From Tubiluchus corallicola (lineage: Eukaryota; Animalia; Priapulida): a stretch of 20,129 nucleotides of DNA. The notes under the pieces were generated by a model. It saw only the letters and a list, made by a program, of their open reading frames with translations. It searched no databases and was not told the origin of the DNA. This document shows positions 1 through 10,086 of this stretch, piece by piece. Location of the stretch: the NCBI GenBank assembly GCA_030141605.1, contig JAQGDQ010000867.1:66542-86670 (forward strand). The letters run 5' to 3'. The translations under genes and the position numbers were made by a program. The stretch's first letter is position 1. The number at the start of each line of letters is the position of its first letter.

Positions 1-1154
1 ACGGGACCAATGTGTGGAAAAATTACCGTGCAAGTAAACAGGTTTAACTGAATTGAATTTATTGAACTTACCATGAGCGTAGATACATCTTATAAGAATA
101 CAAAAACGCATTAAATCAACTACAGATCAACTAAATTATACACAAACGGATTAACATGTCATTACTAAAGCTACCGGTACAGTATGCCTCAGGACAACAC
201 CAGGAATTAAAATCTTGTGATGTTAATGTCCATATTAAACGTAAATTTGAAAACGAAACTGAATAAACTCAGCTAGTTTCGAGCTGGTTAGTTTAATAGT
301 AATGTGTAGCTTCAGAGCGTACGTAGTCTATGCTACATTGCGAACATTACCTTATAGTAAAGCTTCGCCCACACTTTGGTACAATCGGTATCTCTTTTTT
401 GTCGATCACCACTATTAATTAATGGTCACAATTAATCGAGTGTAAAAAAGTTGCCATGTACTACTTTACTCTTCTTTAACTGCTCTTGAATTTGTCATGT
501 GCACTCTCCTCTCTAAATCTCTTTTCGACATTTTTATTGTTCAAATAAAAATGTAAGATTTGTAACAATATATTACAAAACAAAACAGCAGATTTTAAAT
601 AACCTGTCAAGTTTCTACAGGTCTGCTTTGCCTACGTGCGGTCATCAAATATCTGATAGAAATTATGATAAAACGCAAATTTATACGCGTGCCGATTAGC
701 TAATACACAAATATGGCATAACATGTTGTTCAAACGCATTAATCTAAGGAAGTAGTTTGGAGACAACAATAATATTCTAGTTTCTGAACTTCTTATGTAG
801 ATCTTGCCTTTGGCCTTTACGTAGGCTACCTGTCACTTATATGTACACAAATGTACAGTGTATATACGTATCGATCAAGATAAAAATGATATTGCCCTAC
901 ATAACAAGATATACAACTGCAGTAGTTTTTGTTATACTTTGGTCGTAGAGAAAAACGATATCTGGTCTGTTAGGCATAGTCTGTTGTTGGATGTTCAGTG
1001 TTCCAGTGCTAACGTTGTGCTAAGATTTAACAACATTTAAAATGGTGCTGTGATAGAAGGTTTTCGCTAATTTTATTGAAAATGCTAAAAGAAAACGAAA
1101 GTCGATAAATTGTTCTGAAAATAAGGACAAAAAAATCACGCAAGCTATAGAATC

Positions 1155-1410
1155 CTGTTCCTAAACAAGTTAGCCAGCAAACTGTTCTGTTCCTAAACAA
1201 GTTAGCAGCAAACTGTTCTGTTCTTAAACAAGTTAGCAGCAAACTGTTCTGTTCCTAAACAAGTTAGCAGCAAACTGTTCTGTTCCTAAACAAGTGAGCA
1301 GCAAACTGTTCTGTTCTTAAACAAGTTAACAGCAAACTGTTCTGTTCCTAAACAAGTTAACAGCAAACTGTTCGGTTCCTAAACAAGTTAACAGCAAACT
1401 GTTCGGTTCT
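1155..1410. repeat. 31-bp minisatellite, ~8 copies (CTGTTCCTAAACAAGTTAGCAGCAAACTGTT), ~90 bp upstream of the transporter ATG
   Basis: Unit read directly. Copies differ only by a few substitutions (TTCC/TTCT, TTAGC/TTAAC, TTCTG/TTCGG) and one 1-nt insertion in the first copy. Confidence 0.95.
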
Positions 1411-1497
1411 ACAAACGACTTAAATGGAGGAAACCGCGAACAACTAATTTCTGCTGTTTCATCGAACTCTAACTCCACGTTTTGACAACCAAAAAAG

Positions 1498-1705
1498 ATG
1501 AAGAAGCAGCAGAAATATCACGTACCCATCGACGGAGGATGGGGGTGGTTTGTGGCGCTGGGGGCGTTCCTTAACAACACGTTCACAGTGGGGCAATTGC
1601 AGTGTTACGGCGTTTTTATGTTAGAGATTGAGAACGCGTGGGGAACTAGTGCAGCTCTAACGCAATGGGTGAATGCAATAGCATACGGTCTTTCTTTCAT
1701 TATGG
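1498..1705 (+). CDS. SLC16/MCT-family MFS transporter, coding exon 1
   Basis: MKKQQKYHVPIDGGWGWFVALGAF carries the MCT TM1 signature PxDGGWGW. Donor G|GTAAGT at 1706, phase 1. Confidence 0.93.
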
Positions 1706-1945
1706 GTAAGTGACGTCCTATATTTTCAATATAACTATAAATTTTTATGTTAAGCTGCGTCCACATTGATATACGTTCACACCATGCAAAACAATTGGAA
1801 AATTGTATTTCTGCACTATGCATTGTTTGTTAGAAGAACATGTATTAAAAATTAAAATTATGAAGAACGCATCAAAACAATCCTAAAGTAAATTAACATT
1901 AATGTGTCAAAATTTTGTGAGTTTGTTCTTAAATAAATAAATAAT

Positions 1946-3382
1946 AAACTTATTCAAGATTATTTATCTACCAGAAAACAAAGGGTTAAATTAAATGACA
2001 TATACTCAAAATGGGGCAATACTATTAATGGAGTGCCTCAAGGCACAATTCTAGGCCAATCTTCATGCTTCTAACATCAAGAGATACTACAATTATACTT
2101 TTCGATACAAATGAAATAACTTTAGATATTTTTGGAAAACAATTTCTCAATCAACCACAACTAAATTTCTAGACTTCAAATATATCTAAAACTTCTTTAA
2201 ACAGGTTAGAAGTGGCCCAAAATTACGCTTTAAAACACGTCCTTGGTTTTACTATAAGAGCAAAATATTCAGCTATAGCGAACGGGGAAAAACTTAAAAT
2301 ACCCACTGTAGAATCCAATTTCCAATTGCATTCACTAATTTTTCTTTATAAATATTTAAACGATTTGATGCCAACTTTCAGTGCCAATCAGCTCCCATTT
2401 AATATCGGAAAAATGCTAAACCAAAGAATACACAGCGTAAGACAAATAAACACATAATATAATAAATATGGACACAATTCAGTCTGCAAAACGGCAATAA
2501 ATACATGGAATGCTTACCACTTGATGTAAAATCTGCAGTGACTCTAAAAAAATTCAAAAATGAACTTAATACTATAGTAGCCTTCGAAAAATAACTAATA
2601 TGAAAACATGAAACAACACGTATTATCGATGTTGACCCAGTAGTCTGTAGTTAGTGGCAGGACCAAAACCTGCCATGCATCAACATCATAGTGTACTGCA
2701 GGGCTGTGATGAGGTAGGGTAATACTGGCAGGAGAATACAGCAGACTTCTCAGGTGTGCGTGTGAACGTGGCTTTAACTAGCACATAGACGCTTATTCTG
2801 ACCTTGTGTTAGTGGGAGCCACTAGTCACGTGCACACCTGAGCTTATAAAAAGGGTAGGTCTGCTGTAGATCCTTGTCAGTGGTCAGTGGGCGTCTCATC
2901 TCATCTCAGCTCTGTTCGCACTTCATCAGGCTTTCTGTTGCTCCATTCGGTAAGCTATCTGGAACATTTATTTTGTTTGGGTAATAAATCGTCATTTTTA
3001 TTTTATTCATTTTGGTTTTTGTCTTTGAGTCATGCCGCACAGTGTAGGCCGCGGTGCCATCCGTTCTGCCTCCACTAAAAGTGGAGAGCAGTCCAATATC
3101 AACAAATTAAAACCCACCAAACACAAAACACTCAAGTCACAAACACAAAACATCCATAAAGCAGCTAATTTGAATTTAAATTTGTAAATATTGTAAAATT
3201 TTAAAGTCTTAAATGTATCTTAAGTTTTAGTGTTATAACTTGTGTTTTTAATTGTAAATTCGTTTTTAACACTATTGCTCACAGCAGCGGAAACACTTGA
3301 TTACACTATCAATTTTTGAATGTAGTTTGCAGTTCATCGATGTGTAATTTTAACAGCAATAAAGAATTTCATTATTATTATT
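1946..3382 (+). mobile_element. Degraded, internally deleted LINE (CR1/L2-like) in intron 1, interrupted by a solo-LTR candidate
   Basis: 1946-2059 translates KLIQDYLSTRKQRVKLNDIYSKWGNTINGVPQGTILG, matching the RT motif YLSxRxQRV...GVPQGxILG. About 2212-2570 gives ORF2 C-terminal-like text (LIFLYKYLNDLMP; NTWN/LPLDVKSAVTLKKFKNEL across a frameshift). AATAAA at 3358 followed by (ATT)n at 3371-3382 is the likely 3' tail, though that end is inferred. Confidence 0.8.
2630..3104 (+). mobile_element. Probable solo LTR (475 bp)
   Basis: Ends are TGTTGA...TCAACA, with CACGTG at 2827, TATAAAA at 2845 and AATAAA at 2983. It is more GC-rich than the flanks. No matching TSD (ATCGA vs AATTA), which lowers confidence. 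Confidence 0.6.
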
Positions 3383-3492
3383 TTATAGATTAATTTTTAA
3401 GTCTTTTAATTTTAAACACAACAGTTGAGCTTATAGTAAATTTATGATGAAAATGTGAGTCGCGAGTTAATAAAATGTTAATGTTTTTCTAG

Positions 3493-3636
3493 CCCCAATT
3501 ACAAGCACACTGTGTAACGTATTTGGATTTCAAATTATTGCTCTAATTGGAGGATGTGTGGCTGGGATTGGCATGAGTTTGTGCTTTTTTGTCCAAGATC
3601 TGTCCTTCTTATTCGTAACTTATGGCATTATCTATG
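3493..3636 (+). CDS. SLC16/MCT-family transporter, exon 2
   Basis: Acceptor TTTTTCTAG| at 3492. Translates (A)PITSTLCNVFGFQIIALIGGCVAGIGMSLCFFVQDLSFLFVTYGIIY(G). Donor G|GTAGGT at 3637; phases match both neighbours. Confidence 0.9.
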
Positions 3637-4036
3637 GTAGGTACGATTATAGCCTACGCTGCGTTATAGTTTTCAAATATTCTACCTTAATTAAGTCGTT
3701 TTTTTATCTAATTGGAGGATGTGTGGCTGGGATTGGCATGAGTTTGTGCTTTTTTGTCCAAGATCTGTCCTTCTTATTCGTAACTTATGGCATTATCTAT
3801 GGTAGGTACGATTATAGCCTACGCTGCGTTATAGTTTTCAAATATTCTACCTTAATTAAGTCGTTTTTTTATCTAATTGGAGGATGTGTGGCTGGGATTG
3901 GCATGAGTTTGTGCTTTTTTGTCCAAGATCTGTCCTTCTTATTCGTAACTTACGGCATTATCTATGGTAGGTACGATTATAGCCTACGCTGCGTTATAGT
4001 TTTCAAATATTCTACCTTAATTAAGTCGTTTTTTTA
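3542..4036 (+). repeat. Tandem triplication, 3 x 165 bp, of the 3' 95 nt of exon 2 plus the donor and 70 nt of intron
   Basis: Units start at 3542, 3707 and 3872. The only difference I found is T>C at 3953 (synonymous Tyr). Confidence 0.97.
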
Positions 4037-4162
4037 TTTGCTCTGACAAATTGCGAAACTGCAGATGCTGCTCTTTCATGTATTTCGGGTTTCACTTATC
4101 TGCTGTTAGTAAAGATGACTTGTTAAACTATGTTAAAAGTATTAGATTATGATAGATAATTA

Positions 4163-4453
4163 TGTTGATGAATGCTGGTATGAAGCCAGTTAAGGAGTGG
4201 TGTCACGTGAGTAAGTGATTCAGAATCGAGGTGTCGAAGCTCCGCGCACGATATATAAGCCGTGCGATGCACCCAGCTCAGGGGATTGAGTCTGGGAGCT
4301 GAAGGAGAGCAGGCTAGATCAGGGGCTTGGCATTAATATCTGTTATAATTATTGAGTTTGATGTTCAATAAACGTGTAGTTTTATAATCAGACTCTTCAT
4401 AGTTTTGCCATTCCTAAAATACCAATAATCAGCTATACACAACAAATACAACG
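4163..4453 (+). mobile_element. Solo LTR (291 bp) with 5-bp TSD
   Basis: Ends are TGTTG...CAACG (terminal A apparently mutated to G), flanked by AATTA at 4158-4162 and 4454-4458. CACGTG at 4204, TATATAA at 4252, AATAAA at 4367. Confidence 0.75.
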
Positions 4454-4994
4454 AATTATTTTTACTGTGTTCAACGTCCTAGAGAACCTAGACGCCGTAA
4501 TCAATCGCAAAGTTACAACTTTTTGTACAAAACACAGCAAAGTAGGTCAGGTCAGTGACTGCACAACGTAACGGGGGAACACTAGAAAAACAAAAATAAT
4601 ATGAGTACAGGTCTAGAACAATAGATGTCTTTTGTAATTAATGCGACCTTGTCAGTTGGCATCTGTCAACGTTTTACATGCATAAAGGTACTGAGGCTGT
4701 GGTGACGGAGAAAACTTTCTGGGAGAAAATTCCACAGCTAAAAGGCTCGAGAGAAGCAATTGGATATATAAGCAGCTGTTCTGCGTCTAGGACTGTTTAG
4801 GTTAAAAATATGAGGAACAGTATAGCAAAATGGGCTCTCCGAGCAAACTTACAGCTAGTAAACTATGACGTACCATTGTCCCATTTGTTAATCTGTGTGT
4901 CATTTTTTAATTACTCGCTTGTTTTGTAGCTTTAGAGACAGATCCATTTCGCTGTGATGCCGGTCTCGTAGTTGTTCATGATAATTAGGTTTTA

Positions 4995-5012
4995 TATTGT
5001 GACGTCACAATA
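4995..5012. promoter_or_regulatory. Perfect 18-bp palindrome TATTGTGACGTCACAATA containing a full CRE (TGACGTCA)
   Basis: The palindrome is read directly. Regulatory function is not shown. Confidence 0.35.
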
Positions 5013-5164
5013 CAGTTACTTCATATTATATATTTGCGAAATAACGGATTCTTTTGCAACAGAAAATTGTGTTCAAATTGATAGACTTAAAGGAACTGAC
5101 GGAAGCGCACCATACGAAACAAAGCATGCGAGCCATGTTCATGCTTACACATTTTTCATTTCAG

Positions 5165-5899
5165 GTATTGGCGTTGCAATGGTTTATGTACCCGCCATGA
5201 CAATGCTGGGATATTATTTCCATCAGAGATTGGCCCTTGCAACCGGCATAGCAATAATGGGTGCTAGTGTTGGTTCACTAGTTTTACCCATCATCATTGA
5301 AGCCATGATTGAGCAATACAGTTACAGTGGAGCATTTTTGTTTATGGGGGGTTTAACTTTTAATTTGATGGTTGCCGGAGCGTTGTTTAGACCTACACCA
5401 GGCCCAGCACCTCCTCCAGAATGGTACGAGCTCCACACGGCGTTAGATTTGCACAGAGTGGAGTCAAAACGTTCACTCAAACTGGAAAATTTTGCAACCA
5501 GTTCAGAAACAGACATGTCTGCTCGCGAAGTGACTTTGCAAGAACTGAAAAACCGCGAGAAAAAAATTCAAGAAAAAATGGACAGAGTGATCAACGAAGA
5601 CCCAGGAAAGAAGAAGAAGTTCAACTTTGCGGTTTTCAAGAACGTCAAATTGGACATCTTCACTATTTCCACTGTCCTAGCAATGATTAGTTATTCTAAT
5701 ATATACTTGCTCTTGCCAAGAAAGACGCAGGAACTCAGACATGATGATCCTGATGCCAAAACTGCAACGTTTGTATCTTTCACCAGTCTAGTTGAGTGCA
5801 TCATGAGACCAATATGGGGCTTTGTCTGGGACAGGCCATATTTTCGAAACGCCGCCAGACGTCGACAGTTGGGATATTGTATTACGTTAGCAGCCACAG
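5165..5899 (+). CDS. SLC16/MCT-family transporter, exon 3 (about TM4 to TM9, including the central cytoplasmic loop)
   Basis: Acceptor TTTCAG| at 5164. YYFHQRLALATGIAIMGASVG matches the MCT motif YFxxRxxLAxG. Also ALFRP after TM6 and TM8 VECIMRPIWG. Donor CAG|GTAATT at 5900. Confidence 0.95.
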
Positions 5900-5942
5900 G
5901 TAATTTTTAACAAATTTTCAGTAAAGAGGAGTTGAATTAAAT

Positions 5943-6301
5943 TGTGTTAAATAATGATTCTGATCAAATACTTGACAAGAAGTCTAGTTAGGCGTGGCAT
6001 CACGTGACCAACCGATCTTCGATTCTACTGACTGACTCTTGCTGGCGAAACCCTTATGCGCAGAAACCCACGGCGCACTAGAGAGTTAGTCAAAACCGTT
6101 GTGATGCACCTCAACAGATTAGGAACTGACCGGAAGACAGAGGGCTGGCATTACTATCCTATGATTATGATATTTACTGTGTTGTGTTTAATAATAAATG
6201 TGTTGCTCCTTAACTCAAGCCTTGATAGTTTTGCCATGCCCGTCGTGGCTACTCACACGCCAACGCTATAAACAACAATAAACAGCCAACAGCTTTAACC
6301 A
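5943..6301 (+). mobile_element. Possible degenerate solo LTR
   Basis: More GC-rich island starting TGTGTTAAA, with CACGTG at 6001, AATAAA near 6193 and AACA-rich or TTTAACCA 3' ends. No TSD identified, so boundaries are uncertain. Confidence 0.3.
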
Positions 6302-7021
6302 TAAAATAAACAAACAATAACCGAACTATTTTACTTAATCTCCTCCATTTTTCACAGCTCACTGAAAGTAAATGGGTGGATATGCTGAAAGAGCAATAAT
6401 TTCCATGAATTTTATCAATTTACGGTGACACAAGGGGATTATGGGAATGAAAAAATAGGCAGTTGTGAAACGTGGCAAAACAGCAGGGAATTGGGAAATC
6501 GAGAATTAGACAATTGAGAAAGTTTTCCAAACTTACACAGATTAAAATTGCGCGAAAAGAAACAAATTTTTCGCTGGGGCATTCTGGGTAAAATATTAGC
6601 TCCTCTTTTGCTAGATCTTGACATACAGATTTGTTGCATGAAAAATTATGCACAGATCAAAATGGCATTGAATCCAACACTTTAGGTGACAGGGGCTAAT
6701 AGGTGCCTGAATGAGGGCCCAACTTTCTGATTTCTTATTTTTGCAGCCAGACTATAATATTTGTTTAAATAAAATTACATACCCGAGGTGGCGCTTATAC
6801 ACCGCTACAGTAATAAATGATTTTTGAAAAAGGTACCAGTCAGTGACCAACTTAACTTTCAGAACTCGATAACTTGAAAAATGCACGAGTCAATTTATTG
6901 AAACAATTAAGGTAAACTAAGATGCTTTTGTTCTATAACCCGACTTTAGTCATGGATTAAAGGAAGACAGGATGATTTTTCCATTGCAAGTATACATTAC
7001 AATCGATATCCAATCAAACGT

Positions 7022-7057
7022 GCTTGTTTATTTGTTTGTTTGTTTGTTTGTATGTTT
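7022..7057. repeat. Imperfect (TTTG)n microsatellite upstream of the exon 4 acceptor
   Basis: Read directly from the sequence. Confidence 0.85.
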
Positions 7058-7109
7058 CTTAGACAATTGTAACTTTTTATTTTGCCTTAGTCAGTATTTT
7101 TCTATTTAG

Positions 7110-7316
7110 GTATTTCTTTAATTATTGGAAACTTAGTATCTACTGAAGTTTGGATGTACCTTTGGTGCGCAGCAGTCGGAATATTTCTCAGTGGCTATCT
7201 TACTCCAATATTTGTTATTATTGTTGATATCGTTGGTGCCAAATCACTTACTGATGCTATAGGCGGAATGCTATTAGCTCAGACATTTGCAGTGACAACG
7301 GGACCTCTAGTAACCG
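7110..7316 (+). CDS. SLC16/MCT-family transporter, exon 4
   Basis: Acceptor TTTAG| at 7109. Translates (G)ISLIIGNLVSTEVWMYLWCAAVGIFLSGYLTPIFVIIVDIVGAKSLTDAIG...GPLVT(G), similar to MCT TM10-11 (DLVG...AxG...GPP). Donor G|GTAGGT at 7317. Confidence 0.92.
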
Positions 7317-7482
7317 GTAGGTTTACAAAAGGCTGTCGTTTTTTTCTTTTTTATTTTGTTAGGGTTCTATAGCATTGTGTTTCTTCGAGAAAAGAACTGC
7401 TTATTCACACGGTTTGATAAATGTATAAAAGTGGCCATCAGTTTTCATTCTCAGTTCCCGTCTAATCGTACTCTAAATATAT

Positions 7483-7985
7483 TTAGATTAGATTAGATTA
7501 GATTTATTCAATCAAAAAATACAATTGTACATTTAAATGAATAAGATCATTACAAATAAAAGATATTTCATGTTTCATATTACAAGTGCCAAAAAGACGT
7601 ACAATACAAGAAAAGAACAAGATATACATACAAATTCAATTTTTAAATAAAGTGACACTACAGACGAACAAAACAATTACTGATAAAACAAAAATTAAAT
7701 CTTCCTGTTAGTTATTTTAGTCATTTAAATGATAAAGTTTAATGATTAGTATTTAAAATAAATTGTCTTTCATCTGGCCTCATTTTCCATGATATGATCA
7801 TTACATAGTATATTGTTCATCATGTCTTAAAAACGCTTTTTCAACATAATCAATAAATGCCTTAAATACTTCTATATCATTACTTCCATCGGGAACAAAA
7901 ATTTATTAGCATCGCTAATAAGCAAAAATTCTGGTATAATTACATTGATGTGATTATATAATTTTGCCCTAATATCATTGTAATA
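7483..7985 (-). mobile_element. 5'-truncated LINE 3' end in intron 4
   Basis: Minus strand translates YYNDIRAKLYNHINVIIPEFLLISDANKFLF, then after a frameshift GSNDIEVFKAFIDYVEKAFLRH, resembling the ORF2 C-terminus after the CCHC finger. This is followed by a UTR, AATAAA (7508-7503) and a (TCTAA)4 tail. Confidence 0.7.
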
Positions 7986-8856
7986 GCTAATGTTTTAGGA
8001 AGAGAGAAAGTCACCAGGCATGAATGCTGTCGTGAAGCTCACGATTTCTTTATCTTATTTTTTATTAGTTTGTAATTATGATCATTAGTCATATTATTAC
8101 ATTCTCTTGTTAAAACATTAAAAATCTCACACAAGAAATTTCAGCTATAAAATAAGTCTATTTCTTTATGTACAGTCTAAACTTTCATCCTTGAACTAGT
8201 ATGCATAACATTTACCTTCATTGAATTGCTGGCTTCCTTGCTTCATGGAAAAAACTTACCTGGTCAGTTGGCTTTCAGAGATCACTGAGTAAGCATGTGA
8301 CTTAAACTGAGAGAGCAATGTATAGTATTATTAATGATTTATATAAATAAAGCTCACCTGTATCTCAGTTGCAATGAAATGTAAAAATAATTATGTCGAA
8401 TTTGAACTGATATTGAGAAAATAAAATTGTATTGAATAGAGATCGAGTGAATCCGCGAACACGAATATAGACTCCTGGTGTAACTAATTGGTATCATATG
8501 CAGTAGTGAAACTGATTGAGAATTAAAAGAACAGGAAAAGGTCACGTGTTTCCTCCTAAACGACACGACTGAGGTTCCACTATATGCACGATCCCAGCAA
8601 ACAATGAAAAATTAACTTAAACAAACAATGACAAAATTTCAAAGCGAAATGAAGCAAGTCCATTCTACTGATTTTGTTAAAATTTGTTAACAATTGTTTC
8701 CGTTATACAAGTGTTCTGTGCAGCAAACATGAATTAGATTTGAAACGTTTATTGAAACAGCAAGCATTGATTGGATGTGAAATAGTTCTACGTATGAAGT
8801 ATTGTATTAAATAAGCGGGAATTAATGTGAGACGTTCTGTCTATTGGCTTTATTAA

Positions 8857-9307
8857 CCCTTTCATACCCGTTATATCCCGTGGGATACGAGAATATTTTC
8901 TGCTTTTAAAATTAATAAAATTTTAAAACTGACAGTTATTTGATCTGTTAAAAGTTATTTTGATTTAAGCCAATAACAATAGACCAAAAATGGTGATAAA
9001 ACGGCAAACTAGAAAATGTACATAGCATAAAAAACTGCGCAAGGTACAGTACTTTACAGACGACTTTGTACAGATCAGCATAGCGTGCATACTAAATGTC
9101 TTAAATACTGTAAAAAAATATCAGCAGTTGCAAAATGAAGCACATTTGATGCTTCCATTGAATCCCAATGTATCCCGTGGGATACAGGCTACATTTAGCA
9201 CGCGGGCACAGGTAGAAAAAAATAATTATTATGTGTAAACAAGATGGACATACTGAACAAAAGTACCAAGCCAAAAAAAATTTTCTCATTAAAAAAATAA
9301 TAAAGGG
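8857..9307. mobile_element. piggyBac-type non-autonomous element (MITE), copy 1, 451 bp
   Basis: TTAA|CCCTTT...AAAGGG|TTAA. The first ~245 bp are closely similar to 12520-12765. Two internal TATCCC-GT-GGGATA palindromes. Confidence 0.88.
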
Positions 9308-9471
9308 TTAAGCAATGATGTTGAATGTTAAATATGATGAAATTTGATTATGTTATAATCAAAGCAAAATGGAAAACTAGGTAAATTCAAGGCAAGATTT
9401 ACAATGCAGCTATTATACAAAATAATATAACTTAATTCATATTTATCGTTCCTTTTTGTGTTGATTTGCAG

Positions 9472-9707
9472 GTATTTTAATTGATAACACGGGTGACTCG
9501 GACGCTGCTTTTGTTTTTATGGGATGTTCCATGATCGCCGGTTCTTTTCTGTTTCTAACAGTTGTATTTTGTCGTGAAACACGAACCGATCTAGAACTGG
9601 ATACTGACAATAAGGATCTGTCACATCGCAATGGTATCGTTAGTTACCCATCACAAACACCAATAGTTGAGTCAGAATTTATTGAAGAAAACAATCTCGG
9701 TTTTTGA
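9472..9707 (+). CDS. SLC16/MCT-family transporter, last coding exon (TM12 and C-terminal tail)
   Basis: Acceptor TTTGCAG| at 9471. Translates (G)ILIDNTGDSDAAFVFMGCSMIAGSFLFLTVVF..., similar to MCT GxLxDxTGxYxxxF. Stop TGA at 9705-9707. Exon sum is 1530 nt = 509 aa plus stop. Confidence 0.92.
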
Positions 9708-10080
9708 CAAACAACGTTAATATTTTTGCTTGTAAAATAGATTTATATAATATAAAAATTATCAGCATACAATTCAAATCGACATCATGTGAAATACATA
9801 CTTTCTGATCGAATTGAGTAAAATAAGGAAATCTTATAAAACGACATCAGTTTGTTCGTATGTTTTTTTGCATTCTACATATTTTTACTCACATGTTTCA
9901 TGTAGAATTTATATATTTTTCACTGACCAAATTGATAATATTGTCATATCTCATTTTTTTTACAAATATTCCTCAATTTTAACATCTTCAACACTATATT
10001 GCATTATTATTATGAATTATTATTATGAATTTATTCCACAGCAACTCAAACATACATACAAATTGATATTACATTAAAAA

Positions 10081-10086
10081 AATAAA
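10081..10086 (+). terminator. Candidate polyadenylation signal of the transporter gene
   Basis: AATAAA about 375 nt after the stop codon. Weak evidence in AT-rich DNA. Confidence 0.3.

Noticed and set aside
48-64. CTGAATTGAATTTATT as a minus-strand LINE tail (AATAAA plus ATTCA repeats)
   Set aside because: Only two repeat units, and I found no supporting ORF2 remnant upstream.
1155-1410. 31-bp repeats as a CRISPR array
   Set aside because: Units are head-to-tail with no unique spacers, there are no cas genes, and the context is eukaryotic.
3558-4046. 162-aa ORF as an independent repeat protein
   Set aside because: Fully explained by the triplicated exon-2/intron boundary of the transporter gene.
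4520-4900. Another LTR-like stretch (TATATAAG near 4765, AGTAAA near 4857)
   Set aside because: No TG...CA termini or TSD could be defined.
4972-5164. N-terminal 64 aa of the 312-aa ORF
   Set aside because: Lies upstream of a strong acceptor at 5164. It is open intron sequence with no MCT similarity.
8593-8603. CCCAGCAAACA as a DNA-transposon terminus
   Set aside because: No inverted partner found in the window.
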